Shown piece after piece: positions 1 through 11,600 of a DNA stretch of 64,000 nucleotides. Source of the DNA: Yuukianura sp. NJ FZ-2021 (lineage: Eukaryota); assembly GCA_046563655.1 (NCBI GenBank), contig CM102290.1, forward strand, positions 7,812,001-7,876,000. The letters run 5' to 3'. A model generated the notes under the pieces. The model was not told where the DNA came from and did no database searches. It was given only the letters and a program-made list of their open reading frames with translations. Each line of letters begins with the position of its first letter. Position 1 is the first letter of the stretch. The translations under genes were made by a program, and so were the position numbers.

Positions 1-624
1 GGTCTATATCTCCAGAACCCTAGGTCAAAGGTCAAGGTCACCTGTACAAAAGTTGTTCGTCTCGATGAGATGAACAACTTTTGTATAGGTCATTTTCCCG
101 ATTACTGTCAAAAATGTATTTGACCTTGACCTTTGACCCGGACCTGGACAACTTCCGGTCAAGCTGGACACCGATTAGACACCCCTGGAACATGTGAAGC
201 GCAACTGTGAAGGCAGATTGAAAATCGGTCCAGTGGTTCTGGAGTTATAGACGCGAATATCATGAGCGACGCCATTATGCAAATTCTAAGGTCTATATCT
301 CCAGAACTCCAGGTCAAAGGTCAAGGTCACCTATACAAAAGTTGTTCGCCTCGATGAGATGAACAACTTTTGTAAGGGTCATTTTTTCGATTTTCGTCAA
401 AAATGTATTTGACCTTGACCTTTGACCCTTAAGGGGTCTACTTCCGGTCAAACCGGTCACCGATTGTACACCCCCAGACCATGTCAAGTTCATCTGTAAA
501 GACAGATTGAAAATCTGTCCAGCGGTTCCAGAGCTAGCTTGACCAGCAGACGGACGGACAGACGGACAGACGGACAGACTCGGGGAAAAACATAAAGTAG
601 CTCATACTTTCGCTACTTAATAAA
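1..624 (+). mobile_element. HINE/DINE-1-like (Helentron-associated) non-autonomous element, 5' part outside the window, with an internal ~289-bp tandem repeat
   Basis: Two diverged units start at 1 and 290 (ggtctatatctccagaac). They are followed by a (GACG/GACA)n microsatellite at 547-579, a 3' hairpin AAGTAGC(595-601)/GCTACTT(612-618) and AATAAA. The same 3' end recurs at 4904-4921 and 19104-19127. Confidence 0.75.
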
Positions 625-3600
625 CGTTGGTGGTGCTAAAAAGTATGCGTTTTGATTGAAATCAGACTCTGCCTTTCGCATAGCCCGAAAGTTAAAAAAT
701 CGCATAACTTCTTACGATCCTCATACTTTTGAATATTTTTCTAAGCATCGCGTGCAAAAATCATAACCTAATACACCAAAGCTAAATTTTTAAGAAAGAA
801 AAAACAGAGAAGGAGTTACAATTAATCAAGTTAGTTTTGCTTTTTTTCTTAAATCGTTTGGACGGGAGACGGGAAGTCTGGTGAACTGGAAGTCCTTAAG
901 ATATTCATCACCTCATAAGGGCTTTTGTACGGATTTGAAACATTACAGAACGGAAAGAAGGAAATCATGGCGAACTAAATCCAATTCCATTCTACACTTG
1001 AACACACAAGGAGATGATGACCTTTGAAAACCTCAAACTTCCTTCCAAATCAAATTGACCTCTTCTGGAAATTGGTTAACATGTCTGAGAATTGACTACT
1101 TTTTGGTTTGCGTTTTGTTTCAAGTAGTTCCGTCTAGAATTTACTTTTTGTGTTTGGTTTGCGGAACTTAGTTTCCTGCCAGTTCCGTGGATAATTCCTT
1201 CCGTTTTTTCTTCATTTTATATTTTGAATTTTTTTGAACTTTCCCTCTGACTTTCTCCATTTCCATTTACTATGACATATGAAATTCTGCTCATGTTTCA
1301 TGAAGCCGGAGACCGGTAAACGGCCTTGGACAAGGGCTTGGACCTTCCTTGAGTTCACGTCCGTAAAGCGTCAGCACCGCCGCTGGGTAGCTACTGCCCA
1401 GTACTTTCTTATAACCCCAATGAAACCGACGAGACTGGACCAAAAACTTACTACGACACGCAAGCATCCCATCATTTCCTTATCTCCACTCTACGTCTAG
1501 ATTTCCAGTTCCGTATTTATTTGGTTCCCCTCGGTCAACCGTTCAACAATGTTTTTTGAGAGTTAACTCCGTCAAAAGAAAATAGGAACTTAAAATTCAA
1601 GTAAAAAAAAAACGATTTGACCACAAAATGTCGAATGGGAAAAATACTACGGAGGAAATCCAAGGGGCATCAGCAGACCGATCAAAGGAAAGAAAAAAAA
1701 ATTTTTTTAGAGCATATAGGTTTGATGCGGTTCTTTCACTGTAACGTAAGCCGCATGCAAAATCACGAACTTTACACCTCGACTTTCCATTATGTTTTGC
1801 TTTCTTCAAAACTCTTTCTCCTTGATTTCTATTATTTTGTAAGTGCAGAGGCATAGAGGTGAAACTGCTTATGCAAAAAAAAAATCTTTTTAGGAGAAAC
1901 GCCTTAAAACTTATTTTTTAATTATAAATCGTGGAAAGTGGATTTTTTTTGACAGTGTAAAACAGGACTCAAAATTTCCAACCCCGAAAAAAAACTTTTG
2001 CAGCAAATTTGAAAAAAAAAATTATTTTCACATTTTTTTCAAGTATGATAGTCCCAGTTACGTAACATTTTTCCAGGTTTTCAACATAAATATTTAGTAT
2101 ACGTATTTTTTAAAAGGAAAAATTGGAGAACAGTTTCAGCCTAGCCCAATTCAGTCAAAAATCATTTTATCAAAGCGAGCGAGCATTTGCTGTGCCTTTT
2201 AAAAGTGAGAAGCAGTTGACCTTGGCAAGTTTAAAAAAGAAATGGAAAATGCACTTATATTTTTAAAAGTACAGGAAATGAAGACACCAGAGCTAAAAGT
2301 ACCTGATACATAGCAGTAGCAGTTTAGTCTACAGTATGAAGTCAGTGGCACGTTTCCCAGCTTTCCTTCCGAAGCAAGAAGATCTAACGAGGCTAATATT
2401 ATGATTTTTTTTTCGAAGGGAAGCCTTTTACACAGGAGAGCCCTTAAGTACCGTCTGACATCTGGTTAACGGAAGTCCACCTTCAAGTACCACATCAAAT
2501 CACTCATGTCCACCGTCCCATATGCCTCCTGAATATCCCTGTTCATGTCCCAAAATCAATACAATTTGTCACAAAATCAGGAATGGTCAACGACTTCACC
2601 AAACTTCCGGAATCCATTCACTTTCTCCCTCCATGGAATGTTCATATGGTCATCATCTCCCAAAAGGCACACGAGGCCAAACATAAGCAAGGATGCCCTC
2701 CCTTGGTCGAACCAAGCCTTCCTATGTCCACATTTGAATTTCATGCAATTCTAACCTAAATCTTAGTTTGATCGAGCTAATTTACTACTCTCGGCTGGCC
2801 TTAGCCGATAGAAAATAGTAGTAGCAGCTCCTTCCCGGACACACCCAAACTAGAAACTAGTTTTTACCTTAACAAAGAAGAATGTGGCACACCGAAACTC
2901 CATTTTTCTTATTGACGATGACACGTACGAAAGTGATCGGGAGGTTTAGTATGGAGGGTGTTAGGACTTAGGGTGGACTTGGCCGAGGTCAATGGTTGTT
3001 GATCCAGTATATTGGTTAGGTTGATTTTGACAGACTGACAGGACAGGAAGGAAGGTGGGGAAGCTGACAGTTATGGACGTTTTTATTACCACTTGGTCCA
3101 CGTTATATTGGACCATTAGTGTGTAGTCCCTTGAGGCTTCACGGATATGACAACGAAAGATCAACAAAACAAATTGGACTTAAAGTCCGAATATATATAG
3201 TACCAGTGCATACGAAATGTAGCTCTTGCTTACACTTTTGGACATAATATGGATTAGTAAATAAACCTTCCATTCTAGACATTTTCATTAGTAAAGTCCA
3301 AAAAACATCAGTTTCCAAGAAAATGTCGTGCAGCAGTACATGAGTTATCAGAAAACGAAAAAGTCATGTCAGCGTTCCATCAAAACGAAGTCAGGAAAAT
3401 GGAAATGTGAAAAGAGTGAAAGTTACACCCTTTAACACAATAAACTTTTTCTCTTGTCAACTCAAATATTTTTTGAAACATTTCTTACAAAATGAACCTA
3501 CACTTCTTGATTGCATACTTGAAATGACAAGTTTTTAATGAAAATGAAATTTAAGTAAAACTGCCTCTTTTTACAAGGGAAATTAAGGACGATTTCCAAT

Positions 3601-3859
3601 AATAAAAACAAAAACTCACTAAATGTTTAAGAGGATAAAGACAGCATTTTCTGGGATGATGAAGACAGTACTGATGCATGTAATGCTAAACTCAAAGAAT
3701 GCTTATGTTTTTACGGATAGTGAAACTGACATGAATTAGAAAGAAGTTGACGAACCTGAACTTAATGAGACATCAACTGGAAGGATTGGTTTGATACAGC
3801 CTCAACACGTTTTTGTATCTTCGTCACTTTAGCTTTCTCGCAATAGTAAGAAGCCTTAG

Positions 3860-4113
3860 GTCCAAAAAAAATTTGAAAAATCACTGAAGGCCTCTTCTTC
3901 ACTTTTGATTTCTTGATTAATCAACTTAAATTGAAACGAACAGAATTAATCAATGGTAGACTTTGGCTCAATAAGGCTGTCCAAAGTGGTAGTGACACAT
4001 GGAGTAATGAACAACTAAAAGCTTTTTTGAGGCTCTGCTTCTGTCAAGACTTCACACGCGACTATTTCTCTAGCTGCTCGAAGCCCAATGTTCGCCCAAA
4101 GTTTTGGCTTTAA
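3860..4113 (+). pseudogene. Possible decayed piggyBac-type transposase fragment
   Basis: Frameshifted peptides IETNR (3930-3944), W-SNEQLKAFLRL and RDYFS occur in the order of the piggyBac N-terminal motifs (IveeTNrYA; W..ElkaFlGl; lrDYWs). Recognised by eye only. Confidence 0.4.
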
Positions 4114-4550
4114 GCTTTTGAATGCTTCCGTACAGAACACCATACACACACTTTACTACTACAAAAACGATTTACTACGATATCCAATCCACACCAAAAA
4201 TTCCCCTTCTTCAACCCAAAACCTTCCCTTTACTCAATACTTTTGAAAGCGATGAAGCTTCTTTCAATAAACTTTTGTTGGAGATTATATGGGAAAAAGT
4301 GTTGGGTCTTTATAACGCTTCTGCTGCAGCTCATAGCCTAAATTTTGTTCCAAAATCGAAGGATTTTCACCAAAAAAAATATTAAGGGACATCATTACAA
4401 AAGTATTAGCGACAAAGGGCTTTTGAACGGATTTTGGAATTCAGAACTTTTTGAAAATTTTTTACCTAAAGTGTGGAACTAGTACTGCGATACAGCAGAA
4501 AGTTTAAAATTTTTTCCAAACTAAACTACCCATAGTAAAGTAAACCATGC

Positions 4551-4921
4551 ATAAGGGAGTAGCGAAAAACTCACAAATGTAACGAACGTTTTTGAAACGT
4601 TTTTGAAACGTAACGTTCAAAACGCAGAACGTTCGGGCACTTATGAACCACAGAATTTAAAACCAATAAACCTTGGAGGCAAAATGATATCGCACCTTGC
4701 TAATTATATTGAGTACCGAAAAATTTCCGAAAAACGATACCCTGCTAACTCCCTTGAGTTAGGTATAATATTTTTTCTAGAAACGAGGACCAAACCCCAA
4801 CCGGAATGCTACTCAAAGTGGAAATGTGATGCCAATGCTGAGATAATTCCCGCCGACTGCCGGCAATACATACAGACAGACAGACAGAGACGGTGGAAGC
4901 ATAAAGTAGCTTTCGCGACTT
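4551..4921 (+). mobile_element. HINE-like element copy
   Basis: GTAGCGAAA near 4559 is the inverse of the family's 3' TTTCGCTAC. There is a (CAGA)n tract at 4873-4893 and a 3' hairpin AAGTAGC-TTTC-GCGACTT at 4904-4921 with one mismatch. Confidence 0.6.
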
Positions 4922-5632
4922 ACGAACTGTGCGAACCTTTGTCGCTTTCAATTGTTCAAGTGGCCTATGTCACAACTGGTGGTCCTCGGCTGCCTTCAAC
5001 GTCATTTCGCTACGTGATGGGTTGTTGAATATAGGATTTAAATGAGGTTGACATCTTGGACCGTACTGCACAGTTCAATAGCATGAGGGAACTTTTGAGA
5101 TCTTCCTGGACCGCCTCCACTCTCAAATGCCTGACACTTGGAGATAAGGAGACAATGAATAGTTGACTTTTGAAGTTGTTCCGACAGGCATTCCAGAAGC
5201 AGAGGCTTTCTTCGATCTTTATTGAGGTTGTCTGTAAAAGAAAAAGGAAAATATTTAAGAACCTGTCAGTTTTGAGAATTTTGTTTATTAGGTTTATATA
5301 TGTTACCTTTAGTATTCCTGAAGCATTTCCGTTGCAACTACTCCATCGTTAGGTTAGGTTTAGTTAGTTAGCTAACTAAAATCAAAGTTAAACGTGGTAG
5401 ACTGAAAGGAATGAAATGAGTTGCAGAAAACTGATCAGAAATGGACTAGAAATACTCCTGGGAGCCACTGGATTCATTTAATACGCGAAATAATTACTCT
5501 ATTTTCCTAAATTCCTAATTACAATTCTTCTCCGTCCTTGTCAGTTTACAACAGTCAATGATGCATGAATTTTTTTACTGCAAGCCAATCAAATCAAATG
5601 ACTCTATTTTGAAGTTTACGAATTAAACATCT

Positions 5633-7389
5633 CTATTCGACTCCAAGTTTCTTCTTGAGCGATGCTGGCATTTCTGGTGGTGGTGGTCGGGGAATTCTAA
5701 ACCCGACTTTAATTCCGTCGTAAATGAACCATTGGAGGGCAGTGAGGGTACCAATCATGATGATCCTAGCCGTGAGGCCTTTCCAAACACCACCGAATCC
5801 CAGTTTCTTTAAAATTGCACCAGCACTACTGCCCTTGTCCTGGTTGAGCTTGGAAACAACTGTGTCAGCAGGGTGAGAGACAATGGCACAGAATACTCCA
5901 GCAATGTAACCGGCGGCAAACGTTACTACCAATTGTTCTCCCTTGGTACATTCGGCTCTTGGTTTCGGGACAACGTGTCTACAAGTAAAGGTATTTAAAT
6001 TAGTTGGTCAACTAATGGTCAATATTTACATCCAGCTATTTTATATCGAACATACTTGTAAAGAAGTTCCACTGTTCTTTCAAAACAGGCAAACTTCATC
6101 ATAGTGTATGGGATCTGCCTCATCCAAAGTGGAACCAGAGATCTACAAAGTAATTAAAAGCATTAAAATAGTTGACAAACTCCATATACCGCCGACTTGA
6201 AGCGATTGCTTACTTGTAGAATCCGTTCAATCCTTCTTGTTGGTAAATAATTGGAGCTGCCTCTCGAAGTGTGCTGGCGAATCCAGGTTGAGTTTGTACT
6301 CGGACCTGGAAATGAGAGGAATTCAATGTAAGCAGTGTCACAATTCTATTCCTTTTTTCGTTATAAAAAGTTTGTCCCGAAGATGATTGACGAAAGAAAA
6401 CGAATGTTTAGGAAACAGACATTTATCATTACACTGCAGTCCCAAAATGCTTGGTTTCAAATTAATGCAACGACGGGATATATCTACTTTTGCACACTTA
6501 TGACTCATTCATCTTTCATTGAGAGAAGAGATGGATCTAAGGAGCGTGCAAGCCACTGAATTAATCTGGTTAATAATTTGTTATGTAATACCTTCACAGC
6601 TTCCATTGGACTAAGCGCGATATCGGCAAAGAACTCAGCGGATGCCGATGCAGCCAAATACAATCCAGTTCGGTAAAGGTAAGCATTCTCTTCGCCAAGG
6701 GCATCAGCGTACAGAATTTTGAAGACTTCGTAAAGACCGAACTTGCACAGTCCCTATTTTTGGCACAGATCAGATTACATTATTCACAATCACTTTGAAA
6801 CCTACTTCGGTTTCCAGTTATGTACTAACCTGCATGGAGTAGCCGATGAGGGTTGGAGCCCATCCCTTCGCAAGTCCCCTGGCACCGTCTTCCTTCAGCG
6901 TTACCTAGTGGAATAATACAACCAAAATTGCAACATTGACTTTATCAGTACAGAATCAGATTAGTACTTCAGGTGAGCCGTACCTTGAACCCGTTCATGA
7001 TATTCTTGTATTTATCAGGGTCTACTTGTAACCGGCATTTAACCAAATCCAGTGGAACTAAAGCAGTATGCGTAACTCCGCAGGAAACTATACCACCAAA
7101 ACCGCAGAGAGCAAAGAACTTCATAGACCCATATTCACAGGAGTCCCCCTCTGTAAAGATTGATTGTCAAAATTAGATTCAAGGGCTTTCATAACGGTTA
7201 GGCATGCACTTCATGCGTACAACATAAGAATAATTGAAGCTTACCAGCTACTGAAGGCATTGCGATGTTTCTCGATGGTACTAGTGATGATCGTGCTAGT
7301 GATGGCCGCTCTCCCTCGGCACATTTTGCAGTTTGGAAGGGATTTAAAAATGGGTTGGATTTCGCAATTTCAAGGAGTGAATCAAGCAT
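5633..7389 (-). CDS. SLC25A3: Mitochondrial phosphate carrier (PiC, SLC25A3/Mpcp), about 357 aa
   Basis: Exons 7389-7245, 7150-6984, 6904-6830, 6753-6592, 6305-6214, 6142-6056, 5978-5633 total 1074 nt, all GT-AG and in phase. Carrier motifs PLDLVKCRLQ, PMEAVKVR, HPADTVVSK and C-terminal RPPPPEMPASLKKK are present. Confidence 0.96.
6324..6551 (-). ncRNA. SNORA53: Intronic box H/ACA snoRNA, SNORA53-like
   Basis: It fills the only long PiC intron (286 nt). The 5' hairpin TTGCACGCT/AGTGTGCAA has pocket strands CCTTAGATCCA and TGAGTCAT, matching my recollection of vertebrate SNORA53, whose host gene is SLC25A3. H box AAAGTA is at 6490-6485, the 3' hairpin is GCAGTGT/ACACTGC and ACA is at 6329-6327. 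Confidence 0.82.
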
Positions 7390-8649
7390 TGTGGTATCTA
7401 GAAACAAGACATTACAATTCTGTACGATTAAACTCGTTTCACCCATGATATTTCCAGTATCGTTGGAACGGCATGGCCCGGACTTGTAACAGTACCTAAG
7501 AAACGCCGGTCTAATTGTAGTATCAAAGGATTTTAGATTTAAAATAAATTAAATCCATTAACCTTGGTCTCACACAATCGTCTGGCTGTTTTTGGATCGT
7601 CTGGTGAGCTCAGACCAAAGTACGTGTGTAGGGTTCCCATAAGTGCAATAATTACTTAATTAATTAACTTTAAGTAAGAGGATAATTACCTAATGTGGTT
7701 CAATTGAATCCCGGCTAGAAATTCTTGACAGAGGAGAGGACACAGCCTTTTGCTCTGGCCAAGATGGAGAACGAGACAAAAAGAAAGGAAGAGGGAGCGA
7801 GTGAGTGAGAGGTGAAGAGCTCACTCCCGTTTCAATCACGTGCTCCGCCCATGCCCTACTTAACATGGGCAAACAACTTAACCTAAATTGTTAACCTAAT
7901 TTATAGTTTTACATATTATTTATTATTAACTGTTATTTTGTATAGTAAACAAAGAGAAAAAAAAAGTCCAATGGGACGGTGCAAGATTTCAATATGATAA
8001 ATTATAAATGTCCTTTATTCATAACAGTTAAGTTCCTTCTGAGAGCATATTAATCTGCCCTCTGGTTAACCAATTAAGAAGATAAATGAAGTAGAACTCT
8101 GGAGTCAATTACCTAATAACCTAATGTACCTTAGACTTTAGCGACAAATTACGAAGTCAACGATTCTACTAATAATATAGTTCACCTAAAGTTTGTAGCA
8201 AGACGTTCTTAACAGTTAGGTTTAGGTAGCATAATAATCCATTCTAATAGACTTCATACGATCCGATTTCACGCGCGACAGAATACGGAACCCTACTTAA
8301 GATGATTGCGTGTTAGAAACTACTTACAAACGACATTAAATTTACAAATAATCAAGAACAATTAGTAATTATTAATACTATACAAAAAATAGTCTAATAT
8401 ATATTTTATCTGACGAAGGGTTGCCATCGTGTGAGACTACAAGACAAGCACGTACTAAGGCAGCCTTCGTCAGAAGTCAATTTGTTTTACCTGGTATGAG
8501 ATACATTACATAAGGAACACCGCTTGGATGAGAGGTGGGGAGTCAATGGGAAGGAAGAGTATCTAACACATCCGGTCCAACCTTTGGCGCAGTTCAGCGG
8601 ACTGGATCGTGGGGTAAGTGAGTTTGACGTCAGTGAAGTTCCGTTCTAC

Positions 8650-11600
8650 TCACAATTGCTCAACATACTTGGAAAGTTTTTCCTGTGCACTGAGCACTGT
8701 TTCGTCTGAAACTAGTCCTGGTTGAAGTATGTCCATTTGAGGATTTGATACTGGGTGTGGAGAATGAGATGGGGTGGAGGGATGGTGAGGACGTGGGGAG
8801 GGAGTCGGCATCGCTCGGGGTGAGGCACTGGGTCCGGAAATTGGAGTTGGCGGGCCCATTGGTGAAGATACTGGGGCAGGACGACCGCCAAACCTTTGAG
8901 GAAGTTGTGACTGCATATTGACGTTATTCAGCTGATTCGTCATCTGCATTTGGGGAAGTTGAGATTGAAGTTGTTGCTGATGATTATTGGATCCACCACC
9001 CCCGACCATTTGATTCCCCATGTTCGGATTCATTTGGTTCATCTGAGGATTTCCTCCCAATTGATTCATTTGTGGATTTCCTCCCATCTGATTCATCTGA
9101 GGTGTTCCACCAATTTGGTTCATTTGTGGATTACCGCCTAACTGGTTCCCTTGAGTATACCCCATGAACTGTTGAGATTGCGCCTGACCTCCGTTGTTCC
9201 CAACATTTTGAACTTGAGGTTGCTGAGCTTGTTGCTGCTGACGGATGAGCATTTGCTGTTGTTGTTGTTGCTGGAGGATCCATTGCTGGCGTTGCTGTTG
9301 TTGTGGAGTTAGGATTTGAGAGTGTGGTTGGTTTAGCTGAGGATGTTGTTGTTGTAAATGTTGTTGGTGACCCATTGCAACGTTCTGTTGGCTCATTCCT
9401 CCTACAGAAAATATTACCATCTTGATTAGTTACGTCCTATTTCCCTATTGGTTGATTCAAACTTATTTAGTAGGCGTTCAATAGTTACCCGAATGCTGAA
9501 GAACATGCTGTTGCTGCTGAGGTTGGTTATTCAACGGGACTTGGTTGAGCATCGGTTGCCCTTGTTGCTGGACGGTTTGGCCGCCAACCATTGGTTGTCC
9601 TTGCTGCACAGCTTGCGCTTGCTGGTTGGCTTGTTGTTGTTGCTGACGATGTCGAATGAATGCAGTCATAAGCTGCGGATTTGACTTGAGTATTTGCAGT
9701 ACTTGTTGCTGCTGTTCAGGCGTTGTAGGAGATCGGAGTGTTTGTAGAAGTTGGTTAAGAAGGAGATGGCCTTGTTGTGGCCCTTGACAGTTAACCGGTT
9801 GATTTGGAACAACACCTCGTACTTGCTGGTTCCTCACCAGCATTCCTGTGTAAAAATATAGTAAATCAGAAAAATGTTGGCAGTATACCGAATTACTAAT
9901 AATTTCTTTATAACAAATTAAAACACTAAAACACTCAGCATTCTATTGGTAAATTTGAGGATCACGTTCACATTCCTTATGTCTCTGTTGAGAGAGGCTC
10001 AGGCGCATCTATGTCTGCCGTATTGAAAAACCTTTAGCAGAGGCCTCTTGTCAGGGTTCGATTATGCCCCCCACATCTTCATGTTGGACGGAACCAAAAC
10101 CCTACTTATCGTATTTCGTAAGCGACCAAGTTAATTTTAACAAAAAAACAAAAACAAAAAAAAATAATTTTTTGATAATTATTTGTTCGATTTTGGTTTC
10201 TATTAACTCGGAATTACTATCCATCCTATTCATTGTTTTAGCAATTTTTTTGCTCATCGACTTTAAGAAACGGTCTATTTTGAACTTGGCGCACCGGAAA
10301 TCGGAATGCAACAACCTTCCCTGTCATCCTAGGCTACTAACAATTGAGTAACTAATTACGAACCTTGTTGTTGAGGAATTTGCTGCTGCATCATATTCAT
10401 TTGACCCATCGGGTTCCCTCCGGGCCTTGGCGGTAGGCCTTGCTGGTAACGTGGTAGTTGATCCATACCTGGAAGGGAATTGAGACCTGGGTGGCGTATC
10501 TGTTGCGGATTTCCTAGGTTCGGAACTGGACGTGGCGTTGGACTCATTTGAGGCGAAGTACCCCGGAACTGACCTTGGGCCATTGAGCCCGGTGCACCTT
10601 GCTGCATAATATGCTGGAGTGTGCCAGCATGCTGTTGTGGCTGTTGTGGTGGGCTTTGTAACTGACCCATAGGTGCAACCGGACCAAGAGGTTGTGCCTG
10701 CTGCCGAGCAACTTCTTCTTGAACTTGTCTTGCAGCCTAAAGTATTTTCAACAGTAACGTACATCAGTTTAAGCTCGAACTACACATCATAACCCCTTAA
10801 TTTAACTTAAACAATGATGGATATGGCGTAATGGATGTGGAATTTGGAACAGATGAGGATGCTGGTAAGGTTCGATGCAAGGAAGCAAGCAGACTATAAC
10901 GTCGTATACCTGTAACGCTGCCAGTGGAGCTCCACTACCAGGTTTACCGCCCATTGTTGCTCCCGATGGTGGGTTAGACATAGCCGTAGATGCCAACTAT
11001 AACCAAAGTATACAATACTAGTTAATCATTTTGAGCTTACATAGAACAGCTGATACTCTCCTACGTTAGGATCTTTTGTTTAATTGCCCTCGCACTCTTA
11101 CGAGGAATGTAGTAGTATACTATGCGAATTTATTAAGCAACTACAGCTAGTAAATTAACTGATGAAATATAAATTGAATCTCAGCGGACAGGAATTATCT
11201 CAATCTCAGAAGGAGAAAGTAGTAACGATAGACATTCACCATCCGTTAAACTAGCCTGTGCCTGATCAAATATGAAGTTAAGAACCTGAGGATTTGCTGC
11301 CGCTGGTGTTGAACCGCCTCCCATCTGCATCATCATTTGCATGCGTCTACGTAGCAGTTGATTTTGCTGGACACGTTGATGAGCTTGTTGCTGGCGAAGT
11401 TTATGCTTGATGTTTGCGCAAAAAGGAACGGGACACTTTTGCTCGAGACAGTGCTTTGCATGATAGCAGCACAGTGCGATAAGTTGTTTGCAAATAGGGC
11501 ATCCTCCGTTGGTTTTGCGTTTGCACACCTACAATACATATAACATTATGAAATACACTGGTTAAATAGTTTTTCTATTCTAATCTACAACCCTAGCGGT

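Noticed and set aside
5349..5365. TTAGG/CCTAA dimers here and near 8216, 23648, 45005, 45521 and 50038 (telomere-like)
   Set aside because: There are only about 2 units at each site, scattered. They are not interstitial telomere arrays and do not support a telomerase template call.
8560..8652. Readthrough or splicing at the CBP stop (TT/GTGAGT overlaps the TGA)
   Set aside because: KYVEQL-stop matches the conserved CBP C-terminus and I see no independent support.
11041..11060. 20-nt microexon-like segment in CBP intron 20
   Set aside because: It is frame-shifting and lacks a polypyrimidine tract, so it cannot be supported without reads.
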